This document shows positions 27,601-38,479 of a DNA stretch of 64,000 nucleotides, one piece after another. Positions within the stretch are counted from its first letter, which is position 1. Every line of letters starts with the position of its first letter. The position numbers and the translations under genes were made by a program. The stretch is from Lepidodermella squamata (Eukaryota > Animalia > Gastrotricha). The stretch covers positions 1,364,001-1,428,000 of the forward strand of contig JBLDXI010000002.1 of NCBI GenBank assembly GCA_047495785.1. Direction: 5' to 3'. Below the pieces are notes generated by a model. The model saw only the letters and a list, made by a program, of their open reading frames with translations. It searched no databases and was not told the origin of the DNA.

Positions 27601-29321
27601 TGAAAAAAGTTAAGTTTGTAGCCATTGGCAAATACGATATCATCCGGGGTGAATAACATTCAATTGTGGGGTGATGGACTCAGGACAAATCTTTATCAGC
27701 AATGACCTCGCTAATTGCCTCAACTTCTTTGAAATCGCTCACGTTGCTGCAGAATTGAACAATAGGACAGAAATTACTCAGTTTTAGCTGTTCAACAGAA
27801 GTAAATTGTAGTCGGCATGAAATAAAAGGCAAATGTTTGGCATTTGCCGACTTACTCATCTTCCGATTGGCATTAACAATTGTCGAGTGATCGGTTTTAC
27901 ACGTATTGTAAAATATGCCATTAAATACAACAGATGATAGGGGGTTTCCACAGCTTGTTTGACACGCGTTACAACTCATGACGTTTTATTCAAACTGAAA
28001 AGTAAAACATTTTTACGAATTGAAGTTAATGCTTGGTATGACTACGAAATTCTCACTATCGTTCATTGAAAATCCATAATTCTTCCTTAATTTGAATTTA
28101 TATGTATTGTTTCAATTCTTTAGCTGCAACTCAACTCAGCCCAACGCGTTGCAGCAGTCCACCACCGCCACCGTCGATTTCCGTGACAACGGGTTCTTCC
28201 TCAGTTTTTACTGTCGGATCGCCGCCGAAGGGCGCCACCTCGCCTACGAATCAAACCGCCAATAACGAGGCTGAAAAGGGTCTCGTATGGAAAGCGGCCA
28301 GGTCAACGGGTGCTGCTCCGACCTACTTCCGCGCTTCGGGCAATCACATCGATGGCGGGGTCATGGCTAATAATCCAACTCTTGGTAAAATTCAAGTTAA
28401 AAATTCAAAAAATGTTCATAATTTCGAATTTTTAATTTTTCGGTTTTTTGATATTTCTCAATAAATTTGAAAATTTGAAAATTTTAGAACAGATTTGTTA
28501 AGATCAGCAATTTATGAAATTTTAAATTTTCGAAATTCATTAGACATCTGAACATTTTCAAATTCAATTTTCTTGGTTTTCACTGATTTTTGAATTGTGA
28601 ATTTTTAATCATTCTTTTTATTCTATTTTTTAGATGCGATGACTGATGTGCATCAACTGTCTGTTGTAACTCGTGCGTTGGGGTTCGGTGACGAGACGTC
28701 CGAACGCTACCGGCTTGGTGTTGTGCTATCGATCGGAACCGGGCGAGAAGTTCAACGGCAAACACCTGTGGCTGATTTGCGCCGGCCGGAGGGCATCATC
28801 GATATGACCAGTTTGTACAAGCAAGTGCTTGCCTTCATCAATCTACTAGTCGATCAAGCTACTGTAGCCGATGGCAGACCGGTAATTCACAGAATTTTCG
28901 CTAAAAAAATGAAAAAATTATGTTTTCAAATTTCGTAAAAAAAATTTCAAAAAAATTCAAAAATTCCATTTTTATTTTAGAAATAAAAATTTAATATTTC
29001 AAAAATTTTGAGAGAAAGTTATTAAATTTCTCTCTATATTTTATTTTTATTAAGGTGGATCGATCTCGGGCTTGGTGTAATCAGCAAGGTGCTATCTATT
29101 ACCGCCTTTCTCCGCTGTTTTCACATCACGTTGAGCTGGACGAGCACGATGATGCGCTGCTGGTGCGGGCTCTCTACGAAACCCGGGCATATATGCATTC
29201 TAATGCCGATCAGTTAAATCAATTAGCCACGGTCCTGCGCGAAATGGCCCATGCAAGGCAGCGAGAAGCGGGCGCCAATTCGTCACATAATAACGACTCG
29301 AAAATCGACATGGAACTATAA
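21649..29321 (+). CDS. PLA2G6: Calcium-independent phospholipase A2 beta (iPLA2-VIA/PNPLA9): ankyrin repeats + patatin domain; exons 21649-21755, 21805-22271, 22333-22681, 24185-24941, 25346-25880, 28124-28384, 28634-28881, 29055-29321
   Basis: HPDWTSAH N-terminal motif, ankyrin repeats, [15 protein letters not shown] nucleophile elbow, [40 protein letters not shown]; all seven introns GT-AG and phase-compatible. Confidence 0.93.
23103..23627. mobile_element. piggyBac-type MITE (525 bp) in PLA2G6 intron 3
   Basis: Perfect 14-bp TIRs CCCATTAAAGCCCA (23103-23116) and TGGGCTTTAATGGG (23614-23627), flanked by TTAA on both sides; no transposase ORF. Confidence 0.88.
25024..25183. mobile_element. 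Short MITE-like inverted-repeat element in PLA2G6 intron 4
   Basis: CTTTTAGCGGA (25033) and TCCGCTAAAAG (25168) are inverted repeats; TTTTAGCGGAACCAAATTTT recurs near 38704, so it is a dispersed repeat. Confidence 0.45.
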
Positions 29322-30200
29322 AGACGATAGATAGTATTTAATAGACTATGATGACATTTTATTCGGTGAAAACTTTCCGCGCGAAAAATTTATCATACGA
29401 GTATCCCAGCTTAAAAATGAAAGAAAAATCAATAAAATTAATATAATTATTCCATTATTTGGCCTTTTTTCTCTGAAGTCGATCAATCAACTTTTGCTAG
29501 CGGAACGTTTTTGATATATTGCGTTTTTTTGTAATAACAAAAGAGGTCAAAAGCTTATTGATTATTAATCGTGCGTTCGTTCAACCGGCGACAATTTTTG
29601 TGATTTAATTGAATATAAAAAACTTTTTTTCAAATCACGTTTCATTTATAATATATTATTCCGTTTTTTATACTGTTGCGTGGGTTTCTCTTCAATGGCA
29701 TTTCATGGTTCATTTTTTGTATTATGCTTGATTTATTGTCGAAACTCCGTGAGTAGTTCTTCCGCGTCTGTGAACTTGCCCGGTTTTTCTTCAATATCCC
29801 GCTTTTATTCTACCGTGCTATACAATTATTAATTCGGGATTTTCTATTCACAAATATGCGATCTGTTCGATTTTACCCCGGCCGATTGAATATTTTCGAA
29901 AATAAAAGAAAGCAACAAACAAGAAATGATGTTTTCATTGATTTATTTTTCCACTTTCATCAAAACACGTAAATATATATAAGACATTCTAGACATTTAC
30001 AAATATGTATGCACTGAAAATTTGAGATAAAATCCTTCACGATTATATTGCTGTGTAATTACTATTTGTGCCTCAGGCAAAAATCGATGTTATTGTGTCC
30101 TGATTGTAGTAGAGCAGCATGCCAGCCGCGTCGTATTATATATAGTACAAAAGAAGATAAAAACAAGCAATTTGTTCAGTTTGAGTTATGCACAATCGGT

Positions 30201-31398
30201 TCAAACTCGAGCAGGCCAGGTTTTGTAAGGGCACGCAGCTTCATGCACCATTTTAGCGTGAGGAGAAAGGCTTGACAATTGACAACCAGCGTCCTTGTAA
30301 CGGCAAGGATACGTCAGCTCACTCGCAATTGTATCCAAGGCAATCGATCTAACAAAGGCACCAGGCCCTAGAAAACATTACATTTTTGATTAATTCCAGC
30401 TTAATTTTTCGAAAAATACCTGAAGTACGGCAAACAGGACAAGCGAGTTGGTCAAGTTGAGGTAGACAATAATTGCAAATGATGTGGCCCCATCGGCACT
30501 GGGTGACCGGCGGTAGGCAATGGCCGTAGCAAACCGGGCACTCCAAGGCCGCTAATAAGGTTTCATTCCGATCACTGCTACTAGCAGGTTGAGCCTCTTC
30601 ATCTGAAATTTCAATAATCTGCTCAGGCAACTCGCCATGCTCCACCTGAACTGACGCGTCGATACGATCTGGTGGGATTTCTGGGTTGTTAAGGCTCGAG
30701 TTATTCCCAGCGCCTATCACCCAGCTACGTGAGGTTCTTCGCAATCGAGATTTGTAGAAAACCGAGGAAGCTGGAATGCAAGTGTGGCAGCGTAACGGTG
30801 CTGGTCGAGTAGGTGATGCTGGCTCCTGATTAACGACCAAAGATCGAGATGAGAACATAGCACTTGGGTTGACATCGATCATGTAACGATTTTCAGACGT
30901 ATCTGTTTGGCACGATGACGTTCGCATTGATGAGAATTGGAATGACAGAGATGAGCTCAGCAAGGAAGACGTTGACAAATCTAGAACGCCCGAGTCATTC
31001 TGAACGCTGATTGACGCGTCTGAGAATGGCGAAGAAGTCAGTCGAGGCGCTTCCATTGATTGTGAACTCTCAGTTGCGTCCATAACGTCTGAGCTAGTTG
31101 AGCCGGACGAGTCGGCGTGAAAGAGCAAGCGGCGAACTTTGGCTAAGCGTCTGTGGTCGTTACGATTTGGCGCGGCACCATGAGGACCGAATCTACGTCG
31201 CTTTGGTGTAGTCTCTAGTCGAGTCAAATTAGATACGCCGCGATGAGTGACAGGGCGCGGCGACGGCGGTCGATCAGGTGAGAAGAATCGCATTACCGTT
31301 GGGGTTGGGGGCCGCAGAGGAGATCGGGGCCGCTCAGCTTCACGTTCCCGTTTGCCATTTCTGATATTCAGAGAATTGAAGTGTCCCACAAGGTCCAT
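30201..31398 (-). CDS. Sina/Siah-type RING finger protein with long disordered N-terminus, lacking the Siah substrate-binding domain; exons 31398-30420, 30367-30201
   Basis: LECPVCYGHCLPPVTQCRWGHIICNYC...CPVCR is a Siah-type C3HC4 RING. A 52-nt intron leads to RSIALDTIASELTYPCRYKDAGC...HEAACPY (first Siah zinc finger), then a stop. Confidence 0.8.
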
Positions 31399-33578
31399 AG
31401 CGTTCAGTCAACTATGGCAAGAGTTAATTAGTGAATAAGATATTCTTTGGTCAAAAACTTACTTGGTTATTTCTAGGGAATGTTCATCATTGCCAACGGA
31501 TTGACAACAATGTCTCCAAAACTGAGTTGCTCACTTCACAGCTCACTACACTGCTCACTCGAATTAACGGTAGCTAACCTACATAAGAATTAAGAATTAA
31601 GATAATTACATTTGGATTGAAGAAATGAAAGAAATGATTGATCAAAGATGAACAACTATGACAAGTCGAGCTATTCAGGCGTTACCTATAACTATGTCAT
31701 AGATGTCAATCTAGTTCAGGCAGAAACCAACAAACAACTTGAATCACTCAATCGTCCACTTCAACTTCAACTTACAACCTAACCTAGGCGACAGAACAGC
31801 CAAGTTTTTGTGCCCGTACAGGTCACGTGACACTTCCTAAATCACCTTATTTTGACAGACATTTTTAGATTAGCTAAAATATGCAATATAAAAAACTTAG
31901 ATTTATGCACTCATAAAATCATTGTTTTATATATCCATGACAACGCGTCCCCGTGACCAGGCCCTGGACGGCCGCAAGTCAACTACCCAGCTGCAGTCTT
32001 GGTCCGAGAGCAACACTGTCTATCGGACGGTCTCGCGAGCTCTATTTTTAAGAGCGGCAAACGCCTGTACCCGGACGGGTAGAATCACTCGGCAGAATGA
32101 CAGCAGAATCCATTGCTGGCATTCATGTAACCAAAACTTCGCGTGTGCCTTACATCTTTCTCTGCTCATGCTGTTACCAGTTATGAAATATTTTCGGTCC
32201 TCTTTCGGTTGGTCTCGAAAGGGTAGGTATAGATAATTGAAAAATAGCGTGAACAGGAACTGCAAAATGGTGCCTAGATGTAGCTACAGGGGATGGCATA
32301 GCTTAGTGACTCGTGCATACTTATTCACAATTCTATAATCATTCATCTCACTGAAGTCTGGACCGTAAAATCATTTTTCATTTCCAGAATCATAAGTCAT
32401 TAAGACCAAGATATGGGAAACCAGTAAATTAAATTTGTTCTACCTCGAATCACTCTTGAATACATCGGATGCCCTAGTAAAGGAGAACTCTCGATATACT
32501 TACAGGGATAATCATAACGACCACACTGTGGAATGTGGAATTGATTTGAATTTTGCACAAATTTCGCGCTCTTGCGAGATGATGCTTTATTTTCGTTCAT
32601 AAACAAACTAGATGTTCTTTTTCACAGGCTACAATAATAGGGCGGATGCAAGTTACCATACTCACAAATTCAGATCGATCATTATTTTCAAATGCTCGAA
32701 TATTGACCCAAGTTAACGGGCGCACTGAGAAGCGTACAAAACATAGGTTCTTAAAATTGAAATACCCCTAACCTGAAATTTGTTTGAAGTTTGAGGTCGA
32801 TATTATCTTCGAGCATTACGGTAATCATGGCTCCATGTTTTTCGCATGCGATTCTATTTTCGGATGCCTTAGAATGAGCACGGCATGCTTTGAAACGCAA
32901 CTATGGAGGCTAGATGTGAAACCAGTTTAGATTGAAGAATCGCGAAAAAAATCTCTTCTTCAAAGTGTAACCTGAACTGCAGAGTGCGCGAGACATTCGG
33001 CCAGGATCACTGCTTTTCCGCAGCTTTGATGTGTGCACCCAAATTTCAGAATTGCGGTTGATCGGAATTTTAAGTGAATGGAAAATGGGATTTTTTCGCC
33101 CTGTAATGACTTGGGAATAATATAAAATCGATATCAATTGCTACCGTTTCCGCGATTCTAATTTAGGGCCTTAATTGCTCAAAATGTCCTCGTTCGCCAC
33201 TTATTAAATGCACAAACAATCGATCACTCGGTGTAAGTGCATCGCGATATTATCGGATAAATTTAACACATTGATCCCAAGGACGTTTCTTATTTGTTTT
33301 CTCAGTGCATGTCTACCCGTCCTCGTGTAATAATCAAGAGCCTAAAATGCGCGTTCTCGCTAAGCAAATGCGCTCAGCACTTGAAAAAGTGTGCACATGC
33401 CATTAGTGTTATTTGATCCTCATAATCAATAAGAGCAGTAAGAGCACACTTCACATAAGCATTTTTAACCTTGAAATATTACACGCGACTACGAAAAGTT
33501 TTTCCAGTCTGAAAAATTTCTTAAATCGTCCACCGTAAAAAAAATTGAAAATTTTGTCCTTTTTCCTAGACCGCAGAG

Positions 33579-34479
33579 ATGATGGAGATTTTATCAAATT
33601 CATACGTCACCGGTTTTATCACTGCTTTTTTAACCGCTGCTATTTTAATCACCGTACCCCTTCTACAATTCGGCGTGATTTACCCGGCAGTCTACGGCGC
33701 AAAAAGTCCTGTTAATCCAGAAAAATGTAAGATTTTTTTGGAAAAATTTGATTTTTTTTAATTTATATTCTATAGGTAATTGCCAATGTTGGGACAGTAA
33801 ATTTAAAGGTTACTACGAACAATGGCCTGGAAATTATCACCATTTATATTTCAACATAACGTGGCAAACTCTTGGCATTTGGCTAGTCACCCTAATTTAC
33901 GTTCTAGCAATTAACGAATCGATTCGAAAATTAGTGACAAGCTCAAAAATTCGATGGCAATACGCTGGGCTGTTCCTGAGCGGGCTCTACTCGCATCACT
34001 ACTCATGGTGGTCGTATTTCGGCTATTTCAACGATGATTTTTACGCGCAATTTTGGCATCAAACTTTATTTTCGATAAGTGAAATCTACGCTGCGTGGAT
34101 TGCGTTATCTCTAGCTGCCGATCAAGCAGCAATCAGTCTTTCAGAGGAGGTAGAAAAGTTGACCTCGTTAGGTTGCATCAGTTTCGCCCATTTAGCACTC
34201 GGCGGTCTCGATCAATTTATCGATCAAAATATTTACGGCGATGGGCATATATCGCAGAAGACGCGAAATTTCGGATTTATTCTACCCGATGCGTTAGGCC
34301 TGGTTATTGCGGTTGTTCAGCTTCGGAAGTCACTGCCGGCTTATTTAGATGAAAGATCATTATCATCTGCTGTTATGGCTAGTCATTCAAAGTCGAAAAT
34401 TTCAACTTTTATCCGCTCAAATGCTTTCACGCGTGGCTTGTATTTATTCGCTCTGATATTTATTTTTGGACTCTTGTGA
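33579..34479 (+). CDS. Uncharacterised multipass membrane protein; exons 33579-33726, 33776-34479
   Basis: Several hydrophobic segments; spliced CNCQCWDSKFKGYYE and HHYSWWSYFGYFNDDFYAQFWHQ motifs; 49-nt phase-1 intron joins the two ORFs. Confidence 0.8.
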
Positions 34480-35674
34480 TTTCACGCAAATTTCTATCTA
34501 TGAGCAACTCGGCTTGAGACATATCATCAAATATTTTCAGAGCAATTTTCTTCTCTATTTATAATAGCTGTTGAATACATTGTAATAGCAAAGTTGTGAA
34601 AACTGCTGGACTATTTTCGTACAACAATAAAATGGAAATGTTGCATTTTTTTCATCGTCATTTTTTGTACCTAACTCGAAAAAATATCAACTGACCGCTG
34701 CAAAGTGAAAAGTGTATCTTGGCGATTTTTCAATTATTTTCAGCAACAAGAAAAACAAGTCTCGGGGTCAACCAAGGCCGTTCTGGTTTCATCTAATTAC
34801 CTTACGCAGTTTGAGTCGTAGATTCCGAATTTCGCATCCTTAACTTCATCGGACCTACGGATCCATCTCAAATTTGCATTAATTTATAGAGCAATAATTT
34901 GCGTTTTTTCTACATTTTTGTACGCATGGTCTACGATGCAGACATCAATATTTGTGCGCATTGAAAGCTCAAATGATGTTTTAGCATTTCGCCGAAGTGC
35001 AATAAAAGCAAAAGCCGCACTCATTTGCCAACGCTCGCGCTTTTTAGGCTTTGAAACTGCACCAGCCGTGATAAACGCAGTCCTCGAAATCGCCACTCAA
35101 ATTATCGTGTGCAATTGCTTATTAACACGCCATGAGTGAAATTTTCATGGACCTTGCTATAAGAACACACTAGGAGATCAAGAATACCAAGCCATGGGTT
35201 CTGAACTGCCTGGAATTTTCAGGTAACTATGTCTGTGTAAATCATGCGCTGGAATTCAAATTTCAATAAGAATTTCCAACAAATGTTGTGCTTCACCATT
35301 TTTTAATAATATTCCAATTGAATGCTGGTGTGAAAAGCGCCTTGTCTCGCTCTTTCGAACGGTATAAAATTTGTAGTAATACCATTGAGAAATCCGGATA
35401 TAATGGCGGTGTGAAAATGTGTGCAAATAATTTTCTACGCGCGGAAAATGAAGTTTTATTTTCACATTTTTTCCCAAAAAGTGAAAAAATTGTCTCTAAA
35501 CTTCTAAACGCGATATCTCGGTCATTTTAAGGTATTTTTTCGAACGGTTTTCACCAATGGACTCGGGATGTCATGGCAAACAACCCTATGTACTCATTTT
35601 GAAATGTGAAAAAATTCCTCAAGATACTTTTCACTTTGCAGCGGTCAACTATACTTAATGTTTGGTAATTTTCA

Positions 35675-35948
35675 GCAAATTCGACTCGAAACATCCGTTG
35701 GAGTTGAGCATCAATACTGACGCCGCCGTTGGAGCCATTAAAATATTGAGAAAACCGCCACCACAGCCCACACAACAACCGCCGGCTTTCAAAAATCACC
35801 AAAATATTTCATCGTCCGAACGCCGGCTGATCAAGCCCCCACCTCGGCCTATCAAATTGGCAAAAGCTGATATTTCAGATTCACAAAATTCGCCTCAACG
35901 TCACAATCAAATTCGCCAGCAACAACCTGTAAAATACAGACGCAAAGG
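35675..35948 (+). other. Possible coding exon (Pro/Gln/Lys-rich) of an unresolved gene in 34.7-37.5 kb
   Basis: Open frame bounded by tttcag acceptor and AG/GT donor; full model could not be built. Confidence 0.25.
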
Positions 35949-36453
35949 TTTCACCTTTATTGCTGAAAATTTATTTTTCTTCGTAACGAAACAAATGATT
36001 GTTGAAAAACTCCAAAGTCTCAATTTACAATTTTGTAAACGTTTCATTATCGGAAAAACCTCTTGCCTTCATCTTTTCACTGTATTTTTTTTAATCGAAA
36101 ATCTTCTTAATTTCCTGTAAATTCGAGCCTTAAAAGGTCAATCTGCCGAAACTTTAAAATGGGCTTATTGTAGTTACCTACGTGTATTTGATAATTAATT
36201 ATTTGTTATATTATGAATTTTATTAATCGGCTCTGCCCATCTTTCGAAAATACTATCCCTCGCCTACAATTGACAATAATTAATAATAAATGTAAATAAA
36301 TTACGTTGATAAATTATATCTGCACGTGAGAGTGTGACGTTTTCTTTTGAAAAAATAAAACAAACAGCTTTTTTTTGTTACAAAAGTCTTTTTTTGCGAA
36401 CATAAACATATTTTCCGCTGATACCGAAATATCAAAAAATAAACCTACTAGAT

Positions 36454-36560
36454 CAGCGGTTCTCAAACCCTGGCACGCGTGCCAATCGTGGCACTCCGAG
36501 AAAATTGATCGGCATGCGTGCCAAAACTGGCACGCGGAGGGTTTTGACTACGCGTACTCC
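36454..36560 (+). mobile_element. Left end of a hAT (Buster/Charlie-like) DNA transposon remnant
   Basis: CAGCGGTTCTCAAAC terminus preceded by TACTAGAT (fits the NNNTANNN target), followed by subterminal TGGCACGCG/GCGTGCCA repeats; no right end seen. Confidence 0.55.
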
Positions 36561-37617
36561 AAGAAATAAGAATAAGCGTTTTATTCTCATTTTGAGAGGT
36601 GTTTGGGCCTATTTTTTTGGAAATTGCCTGAAAATTCCTTGCTTCGCTCGTTTAATTTATGCGAATTTCACTTAAGTAACGTTCAAAACTGCATTGTGCA
36701 GTGTGCAGCTTCAATACGGGAGGGGAAATTCATCATTCATCCCCAGCTCGGCTAGACAGGACAAGAGAACGAAAATGAAGCCAGATGTTTCGTCAATTTT
36801 AGAGGTTTTGGAGCGTGTTTTAGCAGAAAATCTTCACAATTTTCTCGCATCGCTCGCTCTCTGTTTGAAATCACTAGTCAACTGGGAAAAAATTCTTACC
36901 ATCCCCTCGTCCGTGTCATCAATGCCCTGCCTTGATGGTCCACTCGTAAGAACGATTCTAACTGTAGTTGAACCTCGCATCCTGCCTCCTGAACTGTACA
37001 ATAGTACAATACACCCGTAACTGTACGATAGAAATAAACATTTTTAAAATTTTATATTTAACATAAAATCGTCCAACAGCAGGTTATAAGCTGCTCGTTA
37101 CCTCAGTCCTCAGCTTCAAAACTTAAAATTATAGCGTCAAAATTCTACTTCTGATCTGGGATATTATACAGCAGTAAGTTACTCAATCATTTTTTATTTA
37201 AAAATTTGAGTACGAAATTAAAAATTCTTAGAAATTAAACCTGCCGGGAGAATTTACCATCCTTTATCCGCGGTTTTGCCGAAAAAATTGACAATTTACC
37301 CTGAAAAACCTGACGGTAACTGGTTCGGTAATTTTCGGTATTTTACCTGGTTGGACCAAATTTCTCCGAATTTTTCAAGTGATAAGTATACTTGGTTACT
37401 TATTTCATGGCTTTTTTAATTTTCCTGCCATGAGACATGAATTCGCCTCTCATTTTAGTTTCTGATCCCATAGCAGATTCCAAGAGTCCATATAGCGTAT
37501 TCAGATCAGGAAATTAAAGAATGATCGTCAAAAACGCAGCCGATATTTTTTGCAGTAAAAATGTTTTATTTTTTCGTCAGAGAAGCACTCACAGTTTGGC
37601 AAATATAATTTCGTGTT

Positions 37618-38304
37618 TCAAAAATGCACGTGTTGTTTCTTCAAAAACACATCAGCCGGGCCTTTCGCGTCGCCGTAGTGCCGCGTCCACGCCTCGCCGT
37701 ACCATTCACGGAAGTCAAACTCACGGAACGGCACCTCCAGCTCAATCGTACCCTCATCCCACGCCTTCAACACAGCGACTAGCAAATTTTCCTGCTGGAA
37801 CGAGCACAGATGAGTTTTGGTCGGCGGTAACACGTGACCAGAAACCGGGTCGATAAATTGTCTGAGCAACCCGACATTCCGGTAGTCGGCCACCAGCATT
37901 TCATCACGGCACAGCGGGCACGGATTGCCGGCCATAATCAGCTGGGTTTGGTGGTGAACGCAGGGCCGGGCGGGTGTCCGCGGCGGGTAGTGGCCCTTGA
38001 AATTGCGCCGGAATGGCACCCACACCGGCAAATCGCCGTACGTGTCTTTATAAGCAGCGCTCGATAGGTATTTAATCGACGTTTCAACGTCGCATTTCAC
38101 GTACTTTTTCCGCTCTTTTTTCGCCACCAGACGAAATTCATTGACCTGAGACGGGTCGATGGCCTTCGGGGCGCCGTCACCCTCAGCGGCCGGTGGAGCT
38201 TCCGCCGCTGGTTTTGCGGCTGATAAAAGGGCTGAGGTCAAAAACGACCGGGAAGAGGTCAGCTTCAACAACTGAGAGGTAGATCTAACACAAGCGGGTA
38301 ACAT
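37618..38304 (-). CDS. MRPS18B: Mitochondrial ribosomal protein S18B (mS40)
   Basis: SIKYLSSAAYKDTYGDLPVWVPFRRNFKG, GNPCPLCRD, DYRNVGLLRQFI, VPFREFDF; presequence-like N-terminus MLPACVRSTSQLLKLTSSRSF from the ATG at 38304. Confidence 0.93.
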   Translation of the reverse strand: MLPACVRSTSQLLKLTSSRSFLTSALLSAAKPAAEAPPAAEGDGAPKAIDPSQVNEFRLVAKKERKKYVKCDVETSIKYLSSAAYKDTYGDLPVWVPFRRNFKGHYPPRTPARPCVHHQTQLIMAGNPCPLCRDEMLVADYRNVGLLRQFIDPVSGHVLPPTKTHLCSFQQENLLVAVLKAWDEGTIELEVPFREFDFREWYGEAWTRHYGDAKGPADVFLKKQHVHF

Positions 38305-38479
38305 TCTAAAATAAAAAAAAATCACATAAATCTTTGGTTTTATTGCAACAATCAGCAGTAGGCAGCACAACCATTAAGGTGATTAAAACGAAACAAGTAT
38401 ATAGTAGAAAGGAACTAAGAGAACTTGATGAAAAATGTCAAACAATATGCTGCAGCTGAAATGAGAAAAATTGCAGGTG

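Noticed and set aside
31900-33500. Short ORFs or possible element between the Siah-like and membrane genes
   Set aside because: No TIR/TSD pair or protein motif could be identified by eye.
38305-38370. N-terminal extension of the MRPS18B ORF (MCCLLL...)
   Set aside because: It crosses a polypyrimidine tract and AG acceptor; the ATG at 38304 gives a normal mitochondrial presequence.
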